DNA from: Candidatus Latescibacterota bacterium
GTDB taxonomy: Bacteria > Latescibacterota > UBA2968 > GCA-2709665
Length of the DNA stretch: 64,000 nucleotides
Reading direction: 5' to 3'
NCBI GenBank assembly: GCA_965208835.1
Contig: OZ242358.1
Location: forward strand, 1,696,001 to 1,760,000
This document shows, in pieces, positions 1 to 8,412 of this stretch; within the stretch, counting starts at the first letter, position 1, and every line of letters starts with the position of its first letter. The notes beneath the pieces are model-generated. The model had not been told where the DNA came from. It saw only the letters and a list, made by a program, of their open reading frames with translations, and did not search any database. The translations under genes and the position numbers were made by a program.

Positions 1-679
1 CCGTGAGTATCCCGCCGTTTTCCCGGATGTATTTCACGATTCTCCCGCCGATTTTTCCCCGGTAGAACTCATCGACGCCATTTTTTGCAACCTGTTCGAG
101 GATCCGGCCCAGACTCGGATTGGACGCCCTGTCTCTGGTTGTGGGCGGCGCGCCGTCGACCAGCAGCAGACGTTCGGTGTCCCGGAACGTACGGATCCGT
201 TTTTCGTGCTCTCCCACGGCGTCGGCGTACTCGGGTGACACCCGAAAGCCGTTCTTGCAGGCGCGAATGGCTGGAACAAGCGCCTGATCCAGCGGAATTT
301 TCCCGTATTTCTCGAGCGCCGCGGCGAGGCCGGCGAGTACGCCGGGAACGGAGACCGCGAGACAGCCGATCTCATTGGCCCTGTTGCTGACCAGAGATCC
401 GAAGCGTCCGTCTGAGCGGACCACCTGGAACATCCTGCTCGTGGCGGCCCCCGGGGCGACGGTGTTGAAGTCGATGCAACCGATTTCTCCGTTCATATAA
501 ACCATCAGGGCGCCGCCGTAGCCGCCGATTCCCGTGTGGTGCGGTGTGACCACGCAGGAGAGCAGGGCGGCTGTGACGGCTGCATCGACGGCATTGCCGC
601 CTTTTTTCAATACGTTGACGGCTGCGGCGTCGGCTTCCGGCTGGCCGACGACCGCGGCCTCCTCGAACTTGGCTGACAC
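1..679 (-). CDS. ggt: Gamma-glutamyltransferase family protein, N-terminal part (runs off the window edge)
   Basis: Manual translation from GTG 679: VSAKFEEAAVVGQPEADAAAVNVLKKGGNAVDAAVTAALLSCVVTPHHTGIGGYGG...CIDF...LAVSVPG, the GGT N-terminal signature; GAAGGAG SD upstream. Absent from the ORF track because there is no stop in the window. Confidence 0.88.
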   Translation of the reverse strand, partial: MSAKFEEAAVVGQPEADAAAVNVLKKGGNAVDAAVTAALLSCVVTPHHTGIGGYGGALMVYMNGEIGCIDFNTVAPGAATSRMFQVVRSDGRFGSLVSNRANEIGCLAVSVPGVLAGLAAALEKYGKIPLDQALVPAIRACKNGFRVSPEYADAVGEHEKRIRTFRDTERLLLVDGAPPTTRDRASNPSLGRILEQVAKNGVDEFYRGKIGGRIVKYIRENGGILT

Positions 680-851
680 TTAAGAAGACCCTCCTTCAGT
701 CACACGAAATTCACGCAAATGCAGGTTCGATAATATAAGCGCGCCCCGCGCAGGTCAAGGGTTTTTTTGCCATTTGGCTTATTTCGTCTGTCGGAACCCG
801 TAACGCCGTAGTTGAACGGGCCGGAAGAGGCCGCGTTTGCAGGCGACGGCA

Positions 852-3026
852 TCACCGGGAACCGTTTCCCGTGGTGACGTATATGGGGCTGGTCCAGGCC
901 TTGGCGCCGTCGGTCTGGGTCACCCGCACCCAGTAGGGATGGCAGCCGTCCGGCAGTTCGGACTCCCTGCAGGTGAAGCCGGCTTCGTAGCCGACGCCGT
1001 CGGGCGCCTGCTCGAAGACGACTGCAATGTCAATTCCGCCCGCGGGAATCCGTACAGGCCCTTTCGCAATTTCCCCGAGTGTAACGGCGTGGGAGACGAC
1101 GTCCGTTCGAAAGTCGATGGTCGCCCGAGGCGCAGCGTCGACGGTGAGTATGACGCCGTCGGCGTCTCCGGTGGTTACGGATTTCCAGGTCACGGAATGG
1201 TCTGTAACGGACTGAATACCTTCCGCGGCCGAATCGAATGCATATCCTTCGGCGTGGCGTATGCGGCCCTGCTCGAGGGTGAGGCCGCCGTCCCAGCGAA
1301 CCAGGCGGTTGCGCGCACGAATTCTCTGGCCCGACCAGGCAATGCGTACCCTGTCGTCTGCGCGGGGTATGGTCGCGGGAAAACTGTGTACGAGCTTCAG
1401 ACCTCTGAATACGTCAATGCGTTCGATGGGTGCAGTTCCGATCACGTCAACGGCAATTTCGGGCGGATGCAGTGCCGTCAGGTCCGAGCCCATCGGGTGT
1501 CCGTCGGCGGCGACGTTAACGAGGATCCGTTGGCCCGTGGTGCCATAGCAGCGACGGTTTTTCAGCGCTTCCCAAAGCCCGCGCCGGCTGAGTTCGGGAG
1601 CAAAGACGCATGTAAGCCCGCCGTAAACCCCGAAGGATCCGCTGCCGGGGTACGCGGCGCCCGGCCTGCCCTTGTGGTCGTCGCTTCCGGCGATGAAGCC
1701 CACCCGATAGCCGTTTTCGAGGGCCCAACTGAGGAACCATTCGAATTCGCCCCACTCGGAGTAGACTTCGACCAGGCGTTCGAAGTCGGGATCGTGCCAG
1801 TCCAGATTGGCGTAGCGCCCGCCAACATGCGGTATCAGCAGGACGTCTCTTCCCTTCATGGCCTTGTAAAGATCGGTTACGTGCAGGCAATCCGTGTGGT
1901 CGTCGGATTTGTCCGGAATCAGCACATGGCTGGAGCGGTGCAGGGGGCCGTTGTCTCCTGGATAGTAGACGTTGTGATCGCCGCCGACAGGCGTGTTTCC
2001 GGACCATTCGTAGCCGACGAAGGCGACAAACCGGCCGGGGTCGTTCTGGGCGTTTGCCTGGTGTTTGATTTCCTCCCAGACGGATTCGGTGATCTGAAAA
2101 TCATTACCCTGATGTCCAGCGAAATCGACAAAGGCGGATTCCCGGGCGAAGCGAAAGTACGAGGACACCGGGTTTGTTCCCACGGTTTCTTCGCTCTGTC
2201 CGTGCAAGTCGCCCCAGTACGGACGGTTTCCTGTCCCGGATTCGACGCACCGCAGCGGGTTGCTTTTCGCTTTCAGGCCCAGAGACCGGTCCTCGGTTCC
2301 GATGCGAAAAACACCGCGTGCAGGCGCGACGACATCGTCAAACCGGCGGGTTCCGCGGTCCTCCGGTCGAAAGCGGAATGTCTCGGGGATCCCCGAGAGT
2401 CCGCCGGCATCCACCGAGACTTCGCCGGTGTAGTCACGGCAGGGGTTTCCCCACACGTCCTCGGCCTTGATCGCCGCCCAGGCGGATTCGCCCGGCGCGG
2501 TTTCGGATGCGCAGACGGCGACAAGCTTGTGGGGGGCGCCGCTCACGATGGGCACCGAGGGCGACGGGACCTCCTCGTAGACCCAGGTTCCGCACCAGTC
2601 GACCGCCACGCGGAATTCGAACCGGTCCTTGCAGAAGGTCTGCGCGCGGATCCCGGGAGAGCCGCCGGAAGTGTCTCCCAGTGTGAGGGTGACCGTGTCG
2701 CCTTCGGAAAGAGAGTCGTCGTAGACGTCGATTGTGACACACAGGCGCCACGGTCGCACGTAGCGCTGTCTTTCAAAGGCGGGCCGAAGCGAAGCGGCTC
2801 CCGTGGTGGATACGGAAGCGTATCCCGGTGCGTCGGGTTCGGCGAACTGCGGCGCCTGCCAATCGCTTACGTCGCGCCATGCGATCTTTATGACGCCGCC
2901 GTCATCCACGCCGTATCTGCCGGCGTGATAGATGATGCGCCAGGTGCCGGTGGCCCCGGCCGTGACCGGTCCCGCGGGGTCTATTTCCGCCCACCCGTAA
3001 CGTTCGCGAATTTTCGCGTCGCCCAT
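852..3026 (-). CDS. DUF3604-like protein (PHP-like metal-binding core)
   Basis: 724 aa; motifs YWGDLHGQSEET, GYEWSGN..GGDHNV, IPHVGGR, GSDDHKGRPG, RRCYGTTG and C-terminal AWTSPIY. Confidence 0.75.
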   Translation of the reverse strand: MGDAKIRERYGWAEIDPAGPVTAGATGTWRIIYHAGRYGVDDGGVIKIAWRDVSDWQAPQFAEPDAPGYASVSTTGAASLRPAFERQRYVRPWRLCVTIDVYDDSLSEGDTVTLTLGDTSGGSPGIRAQTFCKDRFEFRVAVDWCGTWVYEEVPSPSVPIVSGAPHKLVAVCASETAPGESAWAAIKAEDVWGNPCRDYTGEVSVDAGGLSGIPETFRFRPEDRGTRRFDDVVAPARGVFRIGTEDRSLGLKAKSNPLRCVESGTGNRPYWGDLHGQSEETVGTNPVSSYFRFARESAFVDFAGHQGNDFQITESVWEEIKHQANAQNDPGRFVAFVGYEWSGNTPVGGDHNVYYPGDNGPLHRSSHVLIPDKSDDHTDCLHVTDLYKAMKGRDVLLIPHVGGRYANLDWHDPDFERLVEVYSEWGEFEWFLSWALENGYRVGFIAGSDDHKGRPGAAYPGSGSFGVYGGLTCVFAPELSRRGLWEALKNRRCYGTTGQRILVNVAADGHPMGSDLTALHPPEIAVDVIGTAPIERIDVFRGLKLVHSFPATIPRADDRVRIAWSGQRIRARNRLVRWDGGLTLEQGRIRHAEGYAFDSAAEGIQSVTDHSVTWKSVTTGDADGVILTVDAAPRATIDFRTDVVSHAVTLGEIAKGPVRIPAGGIDIAVVFEQAPDGVGYEAGFTCRESELPDGCHPYWVRVTQTDGAKAWTSPIYVTTGNGSR

Positions 3027-3238
3027 TTCGATTTCTCACTCGGATGCGGCTGACAATGGCCGGCCGTCGCCCGGACGGGTTTCTTCAACGGGCTGTAGAG
3101 GAACGGCCGCGAGTGTGGGGAAGTGTGTTCCCGCAATGCAATTTCTGGCGGCGCGTAAGGACATCGGGCAGATTAAGATATGGCTTATGCGATATGGGAC
3201 AAGCGAAATCAGGGCAGGGATTCACACGCCCGTTCCGC

Positions 3239-3267
3239 TTGACGACTGGCGGCTTTCGGGTTAACTT
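3239..3267 (+). promoter_or_regulatory. Putative sigma70 promoter for glutaredoxin-rarA
   Basis: TTGACG-17 nt-TAACTT. Confidence 0.4.
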
Positions 3268-3330
3268 TGCGGCCGATCGCGTTATTCAATTATCCATTCC
3301 TTCCGCCCTGCATACTCCCGGTCGGATCCG

Positions 3331-3615
3331 ATGTCGGAAACCCTCCCTGTAATCACACTTTATTCAAGGAACGACTGCCATCTGTGTGACGTCGCAAAAG
3401 GACGCATCCGTTCGGCCGGAAGGCGGGTCCCGTTTCGGCTTGAAATCGTCGACATCGACAGTGATCCTGAACTGGTTGCGCGATACAACGACCGGGTCCC
3501 GGTTGTGCACGTAAACGGCGAGGAAGTCTTCGCATACCGCGTGAACGAGACCGCCCTGGTGCGAAAGTTGAAATCGCTGTCGAACACGTCAAGGAGAAAG
3601 TATGGGTGGGGATGA
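3331..3615 (+). CDS. Glutaredoxin-like protein (DUF836 type)
   Basis: LYSRNDCHLCD CxxC motif, VDID..PEL..RY..RVPV. Confidence 0.85.
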   Translation: MSETLPVITLYSRNDCHLCDVAKGRIRSAGRRVPFRLEIVDIDSDPELVARYNDRVPVVHVNGEEVFAYRVNETALVRKLKSLSNTSRRKYGWG

Positions 3616-4936
3616 CCTGTTCGCCGCCCTGGAACCGGAAGCGCCGCTTGCGGACCGGATGAGACCGCGCAGTCTGGATGAAGTGCGGGGGCAGGATCAT
3701 CTTACCGCGCCGGACGCGCCGTTTCGCAAGCTGATCGAAAACGACAGGGCGCCGTCGATGATCTTCTGGGGACCGCCGGGCTCGGGCAAGACCACGCTGG
3801 CGCGTCTCGTAGCCGAGTCTACGAAGAGCAGGTTCGTGGCATTCAGCGCGGTCACCTCAGGCGTCAAGGAGGTGAGGGAAATCGTCGCGCGCGCAAGAGG
3901 GGACCGGCAAAACGGGCGGCGGACGACCCTTTTCGTCGACGAGATTCACCGGTTCAATCGCGCCCAACAGGATGCGTTTCTGCCGCACGTCGAAGACGGC
4001 ACCATCAGTCTGATCGGGGCCACGACGGAGAATCCCTCATTCGAGGTGAACGCGGCGCTGCTGTCACGTACCCAGGTGTTCGTGTTGAATCTGCTGGACG
4101 TCCCGGCGATATGTGAAATCCTGAACGCCGCGCTGGCAGCGGACGGGCGCGGACTGCCGGATCTCGGCGCCGACGCCGACGCTCTGGAGGCGATTGCGGC
4201 CGCGTCCGAAGGCGACGCCCGACGCGCGCTCAATGTGCTGGAGACGGTCTCGGCGTCGTTGGTGAGCGGCGCGAGGGCGACTGCCGAGTCCGTCAGGGCG
4301 GCGTTGGGCGGCAAAGCGTTGCTCTACGACAAGAGCGGCGAAGAACATTACAACCTTATTTCGGCGCTTCACAAGAGCCTGAGGGACAGCGATCCGCACG
4401 CTTCGCTGTATTGGCTGGCGCGGATGTTGGAATCGGGCGAACACCCGCACTATATCCTTCGCCGCATGGTCCGGTTTGCGTCCGAAGACATCGGGAACGC
4501 GGACCCGAGGGCGCTTTCGATTTCACTGGCCGCAAGGGAGGCGTACGATTTTCTGGGCAGTCCCGAGGGCGACCTGGCCATTGCGCACGCAGCCGCGTAC
4601 CTGGCCACGGCGCCCAAGAGCAATTCAGTCTACGCGGCTTACGGAAAGGCGCAAAGGGATGTTCAGGAGCGGCCGAATCTGCCGGTACCGATGCACCTCA
4701 GAAACGCGCCGACGGGCCTGATGCAGGAACTGGGGTACGGGCGGGACTATCAATACGCACACGATGACCCCGACGGGGTCGTGGCGCAGAGCCATTTGCC
4801 GGAGAATCTGGAGGGTCGGATCTATTATCGTCCCTCCGACCGGGGTTACGAACAGCGGATCCGGGAACTGATGGACTGGTGGGAGGCGTTGAGAAGGCAA
4901 AAGTCGCAGGCGAAAAGCGCAGCTGATGACGGTTAG
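3602..4936 (+). CDS. rarA: Replication-associated recombination protein A (MgsA/RarA AAA+ ATPase)
   Basis: PLADRMRP, Walker A GPPGSGKT, DEIHRFN, GATTENPSF, ISALHKSLRDSD, ASEDIGNADP, PKSNS, HLRNAPT. Confidence 0.96.
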   Translation: MGGDDLFAALEPEAPLADRMRPRSLDEVRGQDHLTAPDAPFRKLIENDRAPSMIFWGPPGSGKTTLARLVAESTKSRFVAFSAVTSGVKEVREIVARARGDRQNGRRTTLFVDEIHRFNRAQQDAFLPHVEDGTISLIGATTENPSFEVNAALLSRTQVFVLNLLDVPAICEILNAALAADGRGLPDLGADADALEAIAAASEGDARRALNVLETVSASLVSGARATAESVRAALGGKALLYDKSGEEHYNLISALHKSLRDSDPHASLYWLARMLESGEHPHYILRRMVRFASEDIGNADPRALSISLAAREAYDFLGSPEGDLAIAHAAAYLATAPKSNSVYAAYGKAQRDVQERPNLPVPMHLRNAPTGLMQELGYGRDYQYAHDDPDGVVAQSHLPENLEGRIYYRPSDRGYEQRIRELMDWWEALRRQKSQAKSAADDG

Positions 4937-5101
4937 AAGGTGTTTTAAAATTACCGGTGAGTTCCCGAGCGCGAGCGAAAAAGCGGCGGTCAAGGCGGGA
5001 AAATCCGCCCATATTTGTCTATACGGGTGGATTTGACCAACGCCGTCCGGCGCTTTTGCAGCCGTGCGAAGACCGCTGGGAATTTTAAGACAGCTTCTTA
5101 A
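4933..5101. mobile_element. MITE-like element with about 20-bp imperfect terminal inverted repeats (long copy)
   Basis: Left TTAGAAGGTGTTTTAAAATT, right AATTTTAAGACAGCTTCTTA; a shorter relative lies at 62596-62657. Confidence 0.7.
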
Positions 5102-5103
5102 CA

Positions 5104-5133
5104 TTGAAAAGTGCATCCGCTGTTGTGTATATT
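5104..5133 (+). promoter_or_regulatory. Putative sigma70 promoter
   Basis: TTGAAA-18 nt-TATATT. Confidence 0.5.
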
Positions 5134-5234
5134 GTGGGCGATCGTCGTATCCATGTCGACTTCGGACGACTTAGTACTGAATCTTCGCGTTTCGAGCGAA
5201 TAAACAGGAATACCAGAGAGAAGGGAGGCGAAAC

Positions 5235-5288
5235 ATGAGGCTGACCGGAATCTTCCACGTAACCTATCCGCCTCCTGAGCGATTCTGA
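5235..5288 (+). CDS. Putative 17-aa leader/small peptide MRLTGIFHVTYPPPERF
   Basis: GGGAGG SD 6 nt before the ATG; lies downstream of a promoter and upstream of a terminator hairpin. Confidence 0.5.
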   Translation: MRLTGIFHVTYPPPERF

Positions 5289-5333
5289 CGGATTCAAAGC
5301 CGTTTACATCGAAACTCGATTGCCCCTCCGGAG

Positions 5334-5365
5334 CCGCGGGTAGGGATTTACCCCGCGGTATTTTT
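5334..5365 (+). terminator. Intrinsic terminator/attenuator-like hairpin
   Basis: CCGCGGGTA-ggga-t-TTACCCCGCGG followed by TATTTTT. Confidence 0.6.
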
Positions 5366-5413
5366 GTGCCCGCATGTGCGGGTTGGCGTTATTCGGAGGT
5401 GACGATCGGATTT

Positions 5414-5806
5414 ATGTACAATTCAGATTTCTGGGAAGTCCGGCTGGATCAAAGCGACCTGGAGAAAGTCGCGAACGAGGATGGGATCTGGTTCGAGTCG
5501 CGCGAAGACCGGCGACTGCGATATGTGTGGGAAGACCGGGTTGCCGCGGCGGCAGTCCAGATTATCGAAGCATTCCCGCATTGCCTTACGGACAGACAGC
5601 GGGAGGCGGCGTTACTGTATTTCCGCCATGGAAAGACGCAACGTGAAATCGCGGAGATTATGGGAATCTCTCGCCGCGTGGTCAGCCAGCACCTGTTCGG
5701 CATAACGCGAGGGGGCCGGCAGGTGGGCGGCGCGATGCACAAATTGAGGAAGTACTGCGAGGCGGAGTCGCTGGGACCGGGCACTCCGGAAACCGCGTCC
5801 GGATGA
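5414..5806 (+). CDS. Sigma70 region-4-like HTH DNA-binding protein (no region 2)
   Basis: LTDRQREAALLYFRHGKTQREIAEIMGISRRVVSQHL; GGAGGTGA SD upstream of ATG 5414. Confidence 0.75.
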   Translation: MYNSDFWEVRLDQSDLEKVANEDGIWFESREDRRLRYVWEDRVAAAAVQIIEAFPHCLTDRQREAALLYFRHGKTQREIAEIMGISRRVVSQHLFGITRGGRQVGGAMHKLRKYCEAESLGPGTPETASG

Positions 5807-5821
5807 ATGTCGCGACAGACG

Positions 5822-7024
5822 TCAGACCGCCCATTGCTTCATCTTCTCTTCGTCCAGTTCAACGCCCAGTCCCGGTCTTTCGAAGGGTTCGAGCGAGCCG
5901 TCGCGGTACCTGAACGGTGTCTTGCAGACGTCGTCCACCAGGAGCGCCGGCCCGACCAGATCCGACGGTACCGTTACGTTTTGGGAAGCGACGGCCAGGT
6001 GGACGAACGCGGCGGTGCCCGGTCCCATCTCGACGGTACTGCCCAGCAGCACGGGGACGCCGGCCGCCTGTGCGATATGAATCAGACGCTGACTGCGCAG
6101 AATGCCGCCTGCCTGTGAGGGGATGATGTTGAAGACGTCCACGGCCCGGTGGCGTATGAGAGCCGTTGAGAAGCCGTCGTTCAGGTCCGCAACGTGTTCG
6201 ATGATCTGAACGGGGGTCTGTTTCCGGACGCGAGCCAGGGAGCGGGCCGCCTCATCGGCGTTGTCATTGATCCGCTCGGGGTTGTCATTGGCGACGGCGC
6301 GGTTCACCGCGACCACCGGCGTCTCGCAGGCGTCGATGCCGGCGGCGGCCATGTCCCGGATTTTTTCGATGGCCTCGTCCTCCTCCCACGCGCCGCTGGC
6401 GTCGGCTTTGAGGTAGACGTCGGGACCCGCCACCTGGCGAAAGCGCGCGATGCGGTCCAGATCGCGTGGATGATTCTCTCCGACTTTGAGCTTGAAAGCC
6501 CGGATTCCCCGGGAGACCATCGTACTGATTTCATCCTCGAGCGCGTCGAGTTCATCCTGCAGCGAGACGCCCCGCCGCATATAGGCGACCCAGCAGACGT
6601 CCACGCGTTCGTGTCGGCGCCCGCCCAGAAGTTCGTAAAGGGGGGCGCCGTATTGTTTTCCGGCAAGGTCGAGCAGGGCGATCTCCACGCCGAACAGGGT
6701 GAGACCCCGGAGTTCCGGGTGGATGCCGGCGGGGAGTTCATCGGCGACACGTGCGCAAAGGACGTTTCGATCGGCGACGTCGCCGTCCTTCAACACGCGA
6801 AGCAGGAGATCCCGCAGGCCGCCGGCCCGGAGCGGATTCATCCTGTCGGCGATGTCCGGGACTTCGCCAAGCCCCACATGGTGCGTGTCCGTGAAGAACT
6901 CGAGGATCTGATATCTGGACCGGCTGAGGTCTTCACCAGGCTGCAGGTTCTGCGGGTCCGCGGCATATGTGGTGTAAATGCGTGGAACCGAGACTTCCCT
7001 CACCTGGATGTCCGTGATCTTCAT
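5822..7024 (-). CDS. Mandelate racemase/muconate lactonizing enzyme (enolase superfamily)
   Basis: MKITDI, EIALLDLAGK..GAPLYELLGG, FKLKVG, PGLGVELDE. Confidence 0.9.
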   Translation of the reverse strand: MKITDIQVREVSVPRIYTTYAADPQNLQPGEDLSRSRYQILEFFTDTHHVGLGEVPDIADRMNPLRAGGLRDLLLRVLKDGDVADRNVLCARVADELPAGIHPELRGLTLFGVEIALLDLAGKQYGAPLYELLGGRRHERVDVCWVAYMRRGVSLQDELDALEDEISTMVSRGIRAFKLKVGENHPRDLDRIARFRQVAGPDVYLKADASGAWEEDEAIEKIRDMAAAGIDACETPVVAVNRAVANDNPERINDNADEAARSLARVRKQTPVQIIEHVADLNDGFSTALIRHRAVDVFNIIPSQAGGILRSQRLIHIAQAAGVPVLLGSTVEMGPGTAAFVHLAVASQNVTVPSDLVGPALLVDDVCKTPFRYRDGSLEPFERPGLGVELDEEKMKQWAV

Positions 7025-7042
7025 CGATGCGGTCCTTCCGGT

Positions 7043-7381
7043 TCAGCCGGAACCGGTGATGTCGAGCAGATTACGTGTATACGACATCAGGCCGGCCGTG
7101 ACAATGCTTGCTATGAGCAAAACGCCCGCCGGCATCAGCTTCCGGGTCCTGATGAATCGGCTCAGGGAGATCCCTGTAAGCAGCAGGGCGAGCATCAGGC
7201 CGATGAGCAGCCCCGTCGCCGGATCCGTACGTCCGGTCCACCAGGCGTACAACGCAACCAGACCGCTGATGCCGCCCGCGGCAAGCGAAACCGAGCTGTC
7301 GGATTTGAGCTTGCCTACCAGGCCGCCCGCGATCAGCAGGAGACCGTAGAGCGCGAGGACGGTTTGTGCGAGTTGGAGCAT
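7043..7381 (-). CDS. TMEM14 family membrane protein
   Basis: YGLLLIAGGLVG..KSDSSVSLAAGGISG...RFIRTRKLMPAG, the TMEM14 pattern. Confidence 0.8.
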   Translation of the reverse strand: MLQLAQTVLALYGLLLIAGGLVGKLKSDSSVSLAAGGISGLVALYAWWTGRTDPATGLLIGLMLALLLTGISLSRFIRTRKLMPAGVLLIASIVTAGLMSYTRNLLDITGSG

Positions 7382-7407
7382 GGTTTACCTCCGGTTACGT
7401 ATATCGG

Positions 7408-8412
7408 TTAACCCGTGCGGTATTTCTCCACGGTGGCCATATCCAGCTTCACGCCCAGCCCCGTGCCTTCGGGCAGAACGAAGTGTCCGTCCTTGACGAC
7501 GAGGGCGCCGTTCACGACGTCCGCCACGCGGGTGAACGGCAGTTCGTCGCAGGGCAGGGTCGCATTTGGAATGGTTGCCTGGACATGCACAGAATAGGCG
7601 GCGAGGACGCCCAGGCACAGGCCGCCCATCTGCACCCAGCACGGGACGTCGTCGGCCTCCGCGATGGCGGCGGCCTTCTTCACCTGCTGGGCCGGTCCCC
7701 CCAGGTTCACGTAGTCGATGCATTCGGCCTTCAGCGCGTTCAGTACACCTGGGGGCGGGCCCAGGTGCAACGCGATCGGGATGTGGGTTTTCTCGCGCAG
7801 GAGGCGATACCAATCCAGATTGTTCTTGAGCACGGGATCTTCGAAGTTGGCGATCGTCCCGAAGGGTTCCAGTTCTCCTGCCAGGCGGGCGGCGACGGTG
7901 GGGTGCCGGAATGCGGTGTTGGGATCCACGCCCACGGTGTAATCGGGACCCGTGGCCTCCTTCATGAGCCGGATGGTTTCTACGATATTCCAGGGTCGCG
8001 CCTTGAGTTTGTGGTTGGTGAATCCCATTCCGGCGCCGATTTCGGCTTCGGCCGCGGTCTCCTCGGGCTGCATGGCGCACGACCAGTAGGAGACGGGAAT
8101 GCGGTCCCGGACTTTCTCTCCGAAAAAACGCCACAGGGGGATGCCGTAGGCCTGTCCGGCGATGTCCAGGAGCGCGCACGTGAAGGGATCGGGCTGGGTG
8201 AAAGGATCCACGTTAAGCGGATCCTCTCCGGTCAGTGCGGCGGCTCGTTCCGCGAATTGGTCGGGCTCGCCCTGGCACTCGCCGATTCCCTCGAGTCCGC
8301 CGTCGGTGTGGATGCGGCACAGCGTGATCGAGTAGACTTTGGGATGGTATCTGGCAATAACCGGTATGGGCGGGACCTCCACTTCGAAGAGGTCGATTTC
8401 TGTGATTCTCAC
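7408..8412 (-). CDS. Mandelate racemase/muconate lactonizing enzyme family protein
   Basis: GTG 8412 (VRITEIDL), ALLDIAGQAYGIPLWRFFG, HKLKAR, GLGVKLD; start overlaps the stop of the upstream gene. Confidence 0.88.
   Translation of the reverse strand: MRITEIDLFEVEVPPIPVIARYHPKVYSITLCRIHTDGGLEGIGECQGEPDQFAERAAALTGEDPLNVDPFTQPDPFTCALLDIAGQAYGIPLWRFFGEKVRDRIPVSYWSCAMQPEETAAEAEIGAGMGFTNHKLKARPWNIVETIRLMKEATGPDYTVGVDPNTAFRHPTVAARLAGELEPFGTIANFEDPVLKNNLDWYRLLREKTHIPIALHLGPPPGVLNALKAECIDYVNLGGPAQQVKKAAAIAEADDVPCWVQMGGLCLGVLAAYSVHVQATIPNATLPCDELPFTRVADVVNGALVVKDGHFVLPEGTGLGVKLDMATVEKYRTG

Noticed and set aside
837-3053. 738-aa plus-strand ORF, and similar long antisense ORFs (6194-7411, 7366-8574, 23588-25189, 40984-42351)
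   Set aside because: Shadow frames opposite well-supported genes, typical of high-GC codon bias; no recognisable motifs
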